A program made the translations under genes and the position numbers. Below are positions 12,601 to 24,740 of a stretch of DNA of 64,000 nt, piece after piece. The stretch comes from Takakia lepidozioides. Lineage: Eukaryota; Plantae; Bryophyta. Location of the stretch: positions 46,190,001 to 46,254,000 of the forward strand of contig CM060732.1 in assembly GCA_030704615.1 (NCBI GenBank), written 5' to 3'. Positions within the stretch are counted from its first letter, which is position 1. Every line of letters starts with the position of its first letter. The notes beneath the pieces were generated by a model. It was not told where the DNA came from. It searched no databases and worked only from the letters and a program-made list of their open reading frames with translations.

Positions 12601-13588
12601 GAGGTGCTGGGTACGAATAGGACTGTCACCAACTAAGTGAGCCTCTGTGATGGTCAATGTCAAATAGGGTTCTATTTTGGTCGGGGTTTGTAAGGTGGTT
12701 GTGAGCCCTGCTGTCTAAAGAAGGGACCGAGGTCTCTCTTGCGGGCTATCAGACGCTCCTTGTAATTTCTTTCACGTAAGAGGAAGCGCATGGAGGCGAA
12801 CATAAATGCTACCAACAGACCACCCATTTAAACTCTGAACTTCAGGATATCTTGACTAAGAATTCAGTCTCATACCAAGTTTGAGAACCAATAACTGAAC
12901 TGTCTTCTCTTGAGTTTGCATCAAAACCAACTGCCTAAGGTAACAACAAAAAGAAAACAACACATTCCATGGCACACATCAAGAAACATAATTACAGACC
13001 TTGCATATGTTGCCGGATGAATACCATCAACAGCAAAATTGTGAAAGGCAAGGCCTGCTCAATCCATCTTGCCAGCTGCTGAAAGTCGTACCGTTGTGAT
13101 GCAGGTTCCCTGCCATTCCCTGCAGCCCCAGACTCTGACACCTCCCCCCTGTCTTCTGTGGCGAGTACACGGGGTGAAGTCGCACCACCTGAGCCACTGT
13201 CATTCCTTGCCGTTCGCATGGGAAGAAGAGAAGATGGTAAATTTTGCGATGTGCTAGCCAACGCATCACTAGCATCCCTGGAATGAGAAATTTCCGACCC
13301 TGCTGCATCCCTAACCTGCTCAGGTTCTGCAACTCCAATTATCCTAATTGAAACCTCTGCTCCTCCGTCAGTGATTCGGTCATTCTCTAAGTTTTGTCCG
13401 AGTCCTGCGGGTGTTGCCCCTGGCTGTTCACTTTCAGTGTAATAAGACCTGCTTTGCATCACACCCAGAATCTCAAGCAGTGCTGACAGCGGTCCTGGGA
13501 GGAAGTTGGCGGACGTGAATTGCATTCCGTACCTTCTAAAACTGCTGCTACTATGGTGACCTCCAGAAACCAACCCAGAGTTTTGCAT
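9662..13588 (-). CDS. RING finger and transmembrane domain protein (RNFT1/2-like E3 ligase). Exons 13588-13000, 12103-12027, 11931-11763, 11627-11539, 11134-10970, 10731-10654, 10362-10259, 9767-9662
   Basis: GT-AG exons join in frame: ..[28 protein letters not shown].., TM segments, [15 protein letters not shown], and a C3HC4 RING ([39 protein letters not shown]) ending [12 protein letters not shown]. Confidence 0.92.
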
Positions 13589-16500
13589 GACTAACTCTTC
13601 GCAGGAAATTTTCAGTCTTCTCTATGACACAGAGGGTCAGATAACGCCTCCTGTAATATTAACAGTATCTCTGGAACAAACAATTGCGATATATGCAATG
13701 GGACTCAGTTCACCAGCTAGGGCTCTTGATGTGGAGGCACTCGTGCAAATACGGGTGGCGTTCTCCAGGAAAAAGCCACCTCTAGATGATCAACAGTAAC
13801 CAATAGGATCATCCACAGCTTTCAACAACTCCCTGTGTGAAACGTGCTCGGTGCTCCTCAAGATCAACCTTTGGCTAGCCCGCCGAGCAGCTTCCTGGAT
13901 GCACTCCCCTGGATCTGCCCCAGTATGCCTGCAACCATCGAGGTTACACAAAAAACTCAAATGCAGAAGCGTCACTAGTGCAAGTTCTCTCCACCGAATG
14001 AAAAAAATACATAACCAACATCACGTGAAGCAGTGTAGGTCCATCCTCCCAAGTATGAGCACAATTGGGGCTGATTTTGTCCATGAACACCCTTGTGTAG
14101 ACTTTCCCAAGATGTATAGACTCACAAAATTGCCAATTCCTCCAATTCCAGTCAATCAGGCACCACCAAGGCATAACCAACCATCCTAATTTATCGTTGG
14201 CCCAAAAACTAGTATAGTTTTGGGTTCTTTGTATCATGGGACATACCAAAGTGACTGCCGCCCAAGTAACTAAGATCAGGTAATAAGAAAACAATGCCTG
14301 AGGACTTGAATGCAAAACACGATGAAGGCAGAAATGGCTGGATCATAACATTAACCCTGCTGCCAAATACCCATCAAATACCCCTACTTAGATCCCAAAT
14401 CCAAGCAAAATCCTTGACGATTTACGCCCAAATGATCATAATACCTTTTCGAAGATGTTGGTACCCACGTCACCCGGAGCCCGAGCCTCAGCACAATGGG
14501 ATCAGAAACGCAGAAGATCCAACAGAAACGAAACCCGATCACCCTCCACGCCCTCCGCCAACCGTGTCTTGAAGTGTGGCTAAGCGCCCATCTCTGCAAA
14601 TCTCTGCAAAACTATCTACCTGATCAACCTCAACCTCCTATGCACTTCGGACAGGGATGGCGGGTCAAGTGCACAACGTTAGGCTATGCGCAGGGAGACA
14701 ATGTGCTCGCAGATCCTCAAGTCTTCCAACCTGCAGACCGGATCCGAGCGCGATGTTCCTGGAGCTCTGTGCCGAGTCGAGAGAGGGATGTACAGGCCGT
14801 TTCCTTTTCCTTTTTTTCACTTCCCCGAGAGATAAATCGCAATAAATCAATAAATAGCACTATTCTCTTTCTTTTTTTTTTTCCCATTTTTCTTCCGGGG
14901 ACAGATTCCCTTATTAGGGAGGGATTAAAATAACCCCCTTTCATTTATGAGCACAAGCAGACGGAACCCCAAGACATGAAGGCCACGTAAGCACATACAG
15001 TCTACCGTCACGGGGTATCCCCACTGTAAGCCTTCACGGCCCCTCGGTAGTTATTTTTTCCACTTCTTCTAATATAATTATGGTAAATGGTCCTAATAAT
15101 GCGCAGTTCGCAACAATGTTCCCAATACTGCGCACCTGATTGCGCAGTTTGGATGAATGTTATATGTTATCATCCAAAATATTCCATCCACATTCTACCT
15201 GTCACTTCGATGCATTCATCCACGTGCTTCATGCTTCTTGCTTCCCGCCTCTGCTCCCCACAGCTGATTGTCACGAGATCGGGCATTGCCATGGCGTGAA
15301 CTCCATCGATCTGGCACAGCAATTACATACAAGGTCTCCATTAGATCTTCATAAAAATAGTTGCCATCACATTTTCCACAAAATATCCATGAAACAGGTC
15401 AATGCGGTTATGGAATCTGTCTCATACTCAAAATCGTGAACCTTACATCTACAACAATGGAGCGACAATGAGGATGCAGCCACGAATGGTCAGCGGCAAC
15501 ATCACAATTGATAGAACAAGGCACTGCTAATGAAGGCACATTCTTCAACACATTTCACCCTGTTTTTCCATCTTGTCAGAATCGGCCCTAAATTTCTATG
15601 TTGAATTCTGCAAGTTAGCTCGTTGGTGTAAGAGGGCCGGATTTCGAGCTCCAGATTACCTATGATGGAAGGATTTTTGTCGTTGAATGTCACCGCAACA
15701 TATTTACTGACGTTAGCCTCTAGCTCCCAAACGGGTCATGGCAGCAGGGTCAAAAAATGAATATTGCCGACCACACAGCCTGCATTGGCATTGTCCTCTT
15801 CTTCTTTGCATCTGTTTATTGTTCTAAGGTAGACTCCCGCCCGCAATTTAGATTTTAGTCTAGTGCTGATTGTAGCTAGGCCCTTCAAATCATCCTTAAG
15901 GTCCTCAGCCATGTTGTAAGTTGAATAGATGTTTCTTGCTGTAGCAGCTTGGCTGTCAGCCCCATGGATATAACAGAAATCAATGCCAAATGATAGCATG
16001 ATGTTTTTTGTGCCCAGATTCCGTGCATTGCAGTAGTGGAGAATATGTGCTGCTTCAAAGCTGATGGGAAGCGCTACTACTTTTTGGTCAGGGCTCGGGT
16101 TCCAAGGTATGCGCATCACTGTATCACTCAATGTGAGTCAAAGCAGATCTTTACCAATAAATGCACAAGAATGTGGGCTATGCACTGCACCTTCATGTTT
16201 TCATATGCACCGCCTACCTCCAATGGCTTTAGTGTGGGTGGATCATGGTGAAACCTTTTGAAACCATCCATATCTTAAACCCTTCCCATTTTGACTACCA
16301 TGTTTATCTCATAAGTGGTTTTGATGGGGGCCGTATCAAATCTGAGTACAGGTGGTGAAGCAGTTTGGGATTCCACATCTGTTTGAACTTCCTATCAGAC
16401 CCGAAGTAAGTACTCATTGTGGTTAGCTCCTTTTCAAGGGTATACTGTTTTTTCTCAATGCGGAGCACTTTTTGATTGAATAATGTAAGAGTTTGACAGA

Positions 16501-16734
16501 TTCTTTGAAATTGTGTGGCAGTAATCCACTGATATTCCCAAATAATCAAATTTGAAGGATGAATGTCTATATCCGGTCTCTGTCATTGAAGGATCAACAT
16601 GTATTATGGCTACACAATCATGTAGCAGCAATCAGGACTAGGGGCCATCAGCCACCAGGAATTGTCAAGAAAGAAAGGCCCTTCAGGTTTAGATGAAAGT
16701 GAATCAAGGACCCAACTCTTGTTTGGAGAGACAG

Positions 16735-16905
16735 TGGGATGATTGCAGGGTATGCACAGCAGGGGCGCGAGATGGAGGCTTTGGAGACGTATGAGCAAAT
16801 GATGTGCGAAAGGGTGAAGCCCGACCACATCACGTTTGTGTGCGTTTGCAATGTGTGTGCAAGCCTGGCAGCCTTGGAAAAGGGCAAAGAGGTGCATGGT
16901 GACAT
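16735..16905 (+). pseudogene. PLS PPR fragment (P+L motifs) of the same family as 400-4300
   Basis: MIAGYAQQGREMEALETYEQMMCERVKPDHITFVCVCNVCASLAALEKGKEVHGD, nearly identical in DNA to 970-1140. Confidence 0.9.
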
Positions 16906-17532
16906 GTTGAATTCTGCAAATAGGCAAAGTGTCGCGGCCCTTTGCCTTGAGGGCAGGGGGTCAGGACACGAGAGGGGCTACCCCTGTGGTGGGGGCAGTG
17001 GCGACTATAGATGCGGGGGCTGAAGCACCCTTGAGTACCCAAGGCACTCAAGGAGGCGGAGGCGCTCACTAGATGGAGCCCCGCACACCGGGTTGCGGTG
17101 GGGGTGGTTCCACGAGGGGTGGTGGTAGCTTAGTGGGACTTAGTGGGGGTGGCATAGGACTCACCATGGGGGCGGAGACCTTGTGGTGGGAGTCGTGGGG
17201 AGTCTTGGGACTCACCACGGTTTAATGGGGCCGTGGTGGGTGGGCCAAGACTCACCGCGACTCATCACCGGGAATCGAGGGTCTTCGTGGTGGTTCGCCA
17301 TAAAATGGCATGGTTGTTTGTGAAACCCCCGCGGACAGTCACAGAAGTATATATAGGGAGTAGTAACCCTGAGAACGGTGCAAGCCCATTGGTGACAAAA
17401 AATTAGTGAGTAAACAAGCGAGCCGGAAAGCGACCAAGGAGTGGGGAGCTATTCCGGACTGCCATCTACCAAAGGGAATTTCCACTAGTCCCAAATTGGT
17501 AGAGGGTTTGTTGGGGGAAGAAAGGGGGACCC

Positions 17533-18311
17533 ACTTCTCGGGATCATCCTGAGGCCGATGGCTTGGCAGAGAGAGTTGTTCAGACGGTGAAGAGGGGTTT
17601 GCGCAAGTATGGCTTGCAGAAGGGACACCTAGGAGATTGGGACCTTCAGTTACCCTGGTTAGCCATGGGCTACAGGTTCAGCAAACAAGCATCACTTGCC
17701 TCCTTCTCACCATACTTTCTTCTCTTTGGTCGAGAGCCTGATTTGCCTACATCCATTCGCAGACCAGCTGCTACAGTTCTTAACCTTAACGATCTGGACG
17801 TGTGTGTGCAGCGTGCAGAGTTGTTCAAGAAAGTCATGCCCATGGCTTTTGAGAACCTTGTCATTGCACAACACCGTGATACGTTGAGGTATGCCACTAT
17901 ACGTGGTGGAGGATATCGTCCTGGGGTTCGGAGGTTTAGCCCTAGTGACTATGTTTATTTGCAGCAGACTGCTCCTACGACTCTGGATGTTACTGCAGGC
18001 GTGTTATTCTGAGGGTTCGAGAGGTGTTGCCCTCAGGAGTCCTGATCTTGGAGGGTCGGGATGGCATGACTTGGAAGGACCATGTGCGTAATTGTGCACC
18101 ATGTCACCTTCCCAATGTCGATGGCAAAGTTGACCCAAACTTGGCAGTGGTATCTGTAGGTTTGAGGTGCATGCTTTGTGGGTCTGCCAAAGGGGCAGCC
18201 ACCATGCTGGTGTGTGATCGATGCTCAAGGGGTTGGCATATGGGATGCTTGACACCACCTCTTGATAAGGTTCCTGACGGAGATTGGTTGTGTCCACACT
18301 GTTTGGGATAG
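17533..18311 (+). pseudogene. Ty3/gypsy integrase C-terminal part fused to a PHD finger (one frameshift at ~18000)
   Basis: TSRDHPEADGLAERVVQTVK..WDLQLPWLAMGYRFSKQASLASFSPYFLLFGREP is the end of the integrase core. It is followed by the C4HC3 PHD CMLCGSAKGAATMLVCDRCSRGWHMGCLTPPLDKVPDGDWLCPHC. Confidence 0.9.
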
Positions 18312-18568
18312 TGGCAATGGACATGACTGGAGGCTAACAAGACATGGGAGGCCAAGCTCATATGAGTCAATACATAAGATCCCAAGCTCAAGTTCACAGG
18401 TTGCAAGACGACGACTAACGATGGGGCAACTCTTGCACCCGGCCTCTTGATCTATCGAGTTTGAGTGTAGTAGGGATAGTGGTGGAAGACTTAGTGAGGC
18501 TATGGTCACTATCACATCTTGTGGCTACCTGGACTTAGAGGGACCTAAGCACCAGCTAGGGGGGCGAT

Positions 18569-18776
18569 TGTGTGGACTAGTGACTGCCATAGTGGGCAGC
18601 ATAGTGGCAGCCTAGTGACTGACTAGTTGTAGCCTAGTGGTTGGACTAGTGGCTGGACTAGTGGTGGACTAGTGGTGGACTAGTGATATACTAGTGTGTG
18701 GCGTGCACATGTGTTGTGTGGTTTTGGACAGCGATGTAGTTGTGTAGCGATATGTATGCGCATGACAGGGACATCA
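18569..18776 (+). repeat. Putative short 3' LTR of a second, nested element; contains GACTAGTG repeats
   Basis: Preceded by a PPT-like AGCTAGGGGGGCGAT; begins TG and ends GGACATCA; multiple GACTAGT(G) units. Confidence 0.45.
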
Positions 18777-21178
18777 ACCTTGGATCGTAGGGGAGGAAAT
18801 GCATGCTTAGCCCGGCTTAGCTAGCTCAGGAATCCGATTGCAAAAACTTGTATTGTACAAATTTTGTTATAAATGAAATGGTTTCCAAATGTTGTGCGTC
18901 CTATTTTGTTTGGAATATTGATGCATGGTATGGTTAGCTAGTGTGTAGAATGCATGCTAAGCTTACAAAGTAGGAGAGGTAAATTGGATTAATCGTGTGT
19001 TTGTGTAGTGCCGAAATCGGGTGACTCCCACCCAAGGGGCAAGGAAACTTGCACCTTCGTTGGGAGTTCACGTGCTAGTGTGCACCTGGCGCATGCGCGT
19101 ACTATAACTGCGCTACCGAGGGGGTTGCCTTGTAGTGCGGGCTAACGCGGAAGCTACGTGCTTCCGTTCACGTACTATAATCGTGTAGCCTCGGGACGAA
19201 GTCGTAGTGCAGCTTCGGCGTGTTCCCGTACCTCAGGCCAGCATTCCAAGGCGGACCCAATTGTAGTGATTGGGGCGCACGGTTGGTTCAAGGTTATCTT
19301 CCTAGTAAAAAAAGGGTTCAAGGCGAACCCTTGCTCAAGGTGATGCCAAAAGCGACATCACGAGCGGTCGCAAGCAAATGTTGTTGCAATAAGGCGATTC
19401 GATCCTCGGGGAGGATCGTTCCTTGGCCCTGAAGTGGGTCAAGAAGAGTGCACTGGGAGGAGCTTGAAAGGCTCCACCCTTGACCGGGACTTGGAGGAAG
19501 TCGGCCGAACTAGCTAGTGGAGAGTAGAGTCAAGTGGGGGTTTGGTTCTTAGCCATGGGACGCCATGGTGCGGAAACAAACTCCTTGATGTGGGACACCA
19601 CAACTTGGATGTTCGTTTCTACAAAATAGACAAATCGATGAGGACATCGACTCCCTGTTGGTAGGGGTGTGTGTCGCGGCCCTTTGCCTTGAAGGCAGGG
19701 GGTCGGGACACGAGAGGGGCTACCCCTGTGGTGGGGACAGTGACGACTATAGATGCGGGGGCTGAAGCACCCTTGAGTACCCAAGGCATTCAAGGAGGCG
19801 GAGGCGCTCACTAGGTGGAGCCCCGCACACCGGGTTGCGGTGGGGTGGTTCCACGAGGGGTGTGGTAGCTTAGTGGGACTTAGTGGGGGTGGCATAGGAC
19901 TCACCATGGGGGCGGAGACCTTGTGGTGGGAGTCGTGGGGAGTCTTGGGACTCACCACGGTTCAATGGGGCCGTGGTGGGTGGGCCAAGACTCACCGCGA
20001 CTCATCACCGGGAATCAAGGGTCTTCGTGGTGGTTCGCCATAAAATGGCATGGTTAATTGTGAAACCCCCGCGGATAGTCACAGAAGTATATATAGGGAG
20101 TAGTAACCCCGAGAACGGTGCAAGCCCATTGATGACCAAAAACTAGTGAGTAAGCGAGCGAGCCGGAAAGCGACCAAGGAGTGGGGAGCTATTCCGGACT
20201 GCCATCCACCAAAGGGAATTTCCACTAGTCCCAAATTGGTGGAGGGTCTGTTGGGGGAAGAAAAGAGGACCGTTATGTCCCGGTGAGCAGCCGAAGCTCC
20301 GAGTTGGCCCGGCGGCCAGGTTGGGAGTTAGGCGCGCGCATCAAAGCGAGTAACTATGACTTGAAGGGGAGCTTACCGAAGTGAGGTGCGCGACACAAAG
20401 AGGTGCATGTTGAATTCTTTTGAGACAAATTATGTTCATTTATTCTTCTGTTGGATTGTTGGTTGCAGTCTTTGTTGCCCTCTGTCAAGATTTTCATAAT
20501 TGGGATTCTGATCTTCTCTATACATCAACATTTAACATTGAGTCTGGAACAGAAAGCTCATTGTTCTGCTACTATGCGCTCATACTGGTTGGGCATGGCC
20601 ACTCCCTTGTAGCTAAAGTAAGCTGGAATTCTTATTTGAGCTGTGTGCTAGCGTGGAGCGCTTGGGTGGTGTTGGACTCACCATTTATGAGGAGTTGTCT
20701 GGACAGGTGCTTTCTCACCATTGCCTACTCAGTTGTTTGATTGGGTTGCCAGCCTAGTAGACAATCATACCACATTGGCCTCTCAAACTCACGTAGTTAT
20801 GGGTCTCTCTCTTCCTTCCATCCGTCCTCTCCCCTGACCAGCAGAGTAGGATATTGTCTCCATGTGATATGGTCATGGTTGTCTCTCTTGTTTGTGAAAT
20901 GGGAGCTGATTGGACCTACTTGTGATCCACTCACAGACTCCCCCCCTCCCTTAGCTCGTTCGTCTCTGTTGTTAAGACAGGGGATAAAGGTTGTTTTCCT
21001 TTGGTTGGTTGTGTTCCACACTACTGTGTCGTAAGCTCGTTGGGGGTCCCATGAGTGGTATAAAGAATTTTTTTTTTTCTGATGGTCAAAACTATTGGTC
21101 ATGGCATGTCATTCACAGCTTGGATGAGGCAAAAGCAATAGGTGGACCAATCTGTGTGGGATGCAATGGGTTTGGCAG

Positions 21179-21568
21179 GAGAGAATTATTGATGACTTGG
21201 CTCATGACATGAACATCACATCTACCATGCTTGAGCTTGTTCAGGTAGGTCATCTGTCACAGCTACCCTCCCTTCCTATCCAAGACAATCAAAGAGCTCA
21301 ATTTGCCTAGTGAATGAGCATTTCGTTTGTGTACATGACGGTGCGTGTCAGAGAAAGATTTCTTTGAAAGACTACTTTGCATACATGTTATGCATTAAGC
21401 ATTGTGACTCGTCTTGAGGTAACAAGGAAATGGGAATGTCTCTGCGGGTTGGTGCGCAGAAAAGGTTGGCTATCGTGATGAAGAAGGCTGGATGGAAGGG
21501 ACGTGATGATGATTGTCTTTCTGGTTGTCTTATTGATTATTCTCACCTCCCTTGTTGTTTCTGTGTAA
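21179..21568 (+). pseudogene. Captured 3' end of a SYP61-like (syntaxin-6, Qc-SNARE) gene: exons 21179-21244 and 21460-21568 with the intron retained
   Basis: ERIIDDLAHDMNITSTMLELVQ|GT..AG|KRLAIVMKKAGWKG-(frameshift)-VMMIVFLVVLLIILTSLVVSV* matches the SNARE end and TM anchor of plant SYP61. Confidence 0.8.
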
Positions 21569-22689
21569 GCCGTTTCATGCGCAAAAGTAAAGTTGTATGA
21601 GAGTCCTCACATTGCAAATGAAGTCATTGTGAAAACAACAGCCTTTGTTCCAAAAAGTGGATTTTGAGGGGGTTTGATTATGTCTCCAAACCTGAGCTGT
21701 GAAGCTGGACAGACAACATGAACTGGATATTCTGGGGATCTGCTTACACTTTCAACTTCTTTCCAAAAATAAGATTTAAGGCATAGCGAGATATGCTGTA
21801 TCTGTGGTGCTCCCTTGTTTCTCCTGTCAGCTACAGTGAGAGTGCAGCCATTGGCTGTCCTGCAATTTTAGTTGTGACTTTTACCATGAGGGTATAGTCC
21901 CTTGTGGAGCCAAGTGTGGGGTTTGAACCCACTAGTGCCAACTGGAGAGAGAGCCACAGAGGCCTGACATTGTCCTTTGTGTCTTATGAAGTACAAATAT
22001 TTATTGGCCTTTGGATGTTTGGTTCCAAGTCAAGAGATTTCATACATTGTTGGCTGTAGCAATGTATCTCACTCCGAGATCAATGATCATAAACTGAAGA
22101 AAAGAAAATGTGTTTGGTCCTAATATTGCGCATTGATTGCGCGCGGAATCAAGTGCGCAATATTAGGGATTTTTCTATGTTTCTAGAGATCCCATACCCA
22201 TTGCATGAAAACCTGATGGGTTATTCTCAATTTTATAGATTTCACATAATGAAAAATATGTATGGGTTGCCAATTGTAAAAAAAAAAGACCCATGTAAAA
22301 GAAAAACTGAAATTCCATTAGGTTAAGCAAAATGTGACAGGTGCATGCTGAAAGTGAGCATTATTAGGACCATTTACCATACCAGGGCCGAGTCTGTCCC
22401 ATGTAAATAAATCTTTTTTAAGAAAAAAAGTCTACCCTCCTTATCTGTTTATCCTCTTTATCTGTTATATAAATGTCTTTAGTACTAAAGAGTTTTAAAA
22501 GCACGTTATATCACAATATCAATGCCTAGGATAAACATGTTATATGCGTATGACGCATATATCAATAACATTGGGATCATTCAAACTCTTTTAAGTGTTA
22601 GATTTGGGTGATCAAGCTCTCTCTAAGCGATATTTGAAAGATTCTTATTCTATATCTGTGATGATGATAAATATCTGTTGAATATCTGT

Positions 22690-22825
22690 GTTACATTTTC
22701 TCTCCTCCAGAGTTGTAACACAGATAGAGGGTGGACCATAATACCACACATGACAAAGTAACAGGATTTGAACCTGAGTCACCTGAGTGGCACCCAAATG
22801 TGTGCACTATCCATCCGAGCTACAA
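22690..22825 (-). mobile_element. tRNA-derived SINE head (degenerate)
   Basis: The minus strand reads GTAGCTCGGATGGATAGTGCAC...GGTTCAAATCC (A/B boxes), similar to the 4985 copy. Confidence 0.55.
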
Positions 22826-23169
22826 ATGCAGAGGACATAAATTCTTTATTGAAATTTTTATTACAACCAACTCTCCATCTTTTTTTTTTCCTTTTTTTTC
22901 AACTGAATACAACGTCCAAAACATGTTCAGCAATTTTTCACCACTAGCATAATTTTCCATCTTTTATTTTTCTTAATAAATTTATGAGAAAAGTGAATGG
23001 AGCCCATTTAATCAAATTAAAACCAGGAAAAAATAACCTCATAGGCCATAAAGAAAACAAGCTTTATGGGGTAGTACCCCCTTGTATGCTTAAGGGCCTC
23101 CCTTAGGTTTATTTTTTCCTGTTTTTCTGATTATTTGATTAAAAGGGCTCCTTTCCCTTTCATTTTTTA

Positions 23170-24740
23170 AGAAAAAGAAAAAGAAAAAGAGCAAGGCCAC
23201 TTCCGGGTGGCAAGTGTCCACAACAACCAGCTACAAAAAAAAGCTAGCAGTAAGCAAGCAGCAAAACACAAGATAACAAGCAAGTAGAGAGATTGCCAAA
23301 TAGAAGAGAACTACCATACAAAATGACCGAAACAGAAGCAGGAATCAGTGTTTACATCTAAGAGGCTCAAAACTCAGATGAGCCTGAATCTTGGAGCTCT
23401 TGTTTTTAAGATGGCACGAGTTGAGCCTCGTGACGATTGGCAGGAGAGGGCCAGCGACTAGGTGAAGCACCATGTCCTGGGAACGCTGGTGGACTAGACT
23501 GTGCCCGCGTCGGAGTAACCGGAGCAGATAATTCCTCGCCATCGGCACGTGGAGTCAAGCCTTGATGAGCTTGGTGCGATTTGCCTGAAAACAATTACGT
23601 AGAACTACAATCAAAACCTCCCAAGCCTTGTGCCATTCAGTTAGTGGATTTGTTTTTGGGAGAAAGAAGATGAAGCCCTTTAGAGCTTTATTAAGGATTA
23701 TTGAAGGGAAAAATATTAAAACCCTTACACGCCCAAAGGCAGCCATGAGGCAATTACTCTTGGAGAACTGTAACGGATGACTCGACAAATATTAGTCAGT
23801 GAGAAGGAAACCATTCTCTTGGGCTAGAATTCGAGAACTATGCCTGGGATAGGCACAAATGCAAGGGGCTCAACAAATAAAGTAGAACTAGGGAAGGACT
23901 AGTGCTAGAGCAAATATTGAGTAATCCCTAGACTTGAGAGATAAAAGAAATGGGAGAAGGAGCAGGAGTAGCCACAAAGGATCTATGGAGAGCAGGAGTG
24001 GCTTTTTGTGCAATCTATATGAGGTAATGAAGCCGCATTTTCGTTCCTCCCTTACGTGTTTCTAGATTAATGTCGGACTTGCAGAATTCTGGGGACGCCG
24101 AAGAGGAGGGACCAGTGGTGTTGCCACTGAATGGGAATTCGATTAGGCCAGAGGCAGGAGTGTGCCCCAATACAACTGCATATGATCCTCTGCTTCCCCC
24201 AAGTTGCTCAAAAGGTAGCGAGGAGGAACTGCTGACAATCTGGAGCTTTTTCGATGCTTGCACACAATACCAACCAAGCTTTCTTAGCAGCCACTGTGAG
24301 ATCGAAGAAAACCATAGTAAGGATAGCAGTAACCGACGTGTTTTGTATATCCATTGTCGATTTACATCGGGCCTTCCATAAATGCCGCAGAGTGGAGCCT
24401 CTTAGCACTTCAAAGGTTGGGTAGTTGCAGGAAGCCTAATTTTTTTTAAGTGTTTTGTTACAGTTCAGGAGAAGAGTCACAGGGTTAGAAGACATGGATC
24501 CTACAAATTGTGTAGAAGTCCTGCACCAGGGGCTAGTCATAACAAGGGGCTTCGCAGTAGACAAGGCAGTGCTCCAAGGATTCAATAATACCAATAGAGC
24601 AGTAGGGGCAAAGAATAGCTTCCTGGAAGTTAAGAAATTGGCTCACCTTGAGCATCATGTTGGCTATCTGCCAAAGGAAAGCACTTAATTTGGCAGGTCC
24701 AGATTTCTCCTAGATGAGGGCACAGATGCATTTCCAGTTC
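23170..24740 (-). mobile_element. LINE (L1-like) 3' remnant with zf-RVT motif
   Basis: The minus strand at ~24700-24550 translates AFLWQIANMMLKVSQFLNFQEAILCPYCSIGIIESLEHCLVYC (CxxC..E..H..C zinc finger of plant LINE ORF2). The outer boundaries are approximate. Confidence 0.6.

Larger units (their letters stand above)
16930..20395 (+). mobile_element. Internally deleted LTR retrotransposon (Ty3/gypsy-like). 3' LTR 19672-20395; truncated 5' LTR 16930-~17531
   Basis: Direct repeat of ~600 bp (roughly 95% identical by eye), termini TGTCGCG...CGCGACA, 5-bp TSD CAAAG (16925-16929 and 20396-20400), and a G-rich PPT-like tract before 19672. Confidence 0.92.
15081..22379. mobile_element. Non-autonomous TIR DNA transposon (Tc1/mariner-pogo-like, TA flanks) carrying captured gene fragments (Pack-type)
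   Basis: Perfect 22-bp inverted termini TGGTAAATGGTCCTAATAATGC (15081-15102) and GCATTATTAGGACCATTTACCA (22358-22379), with TA on both sides. Related TGCGCA-containing subterminal repeats lie at 15120-15147 and 22116-22170. No transposase is present. Confidence 0.65.

Noticed and set aside
15502-16131. Minus-strand ORFs with kinase-like RIQHRNL
   Set aside because: There are no other kinase motifs, and part of the region is antisense to the PDF-PPR linker homology.
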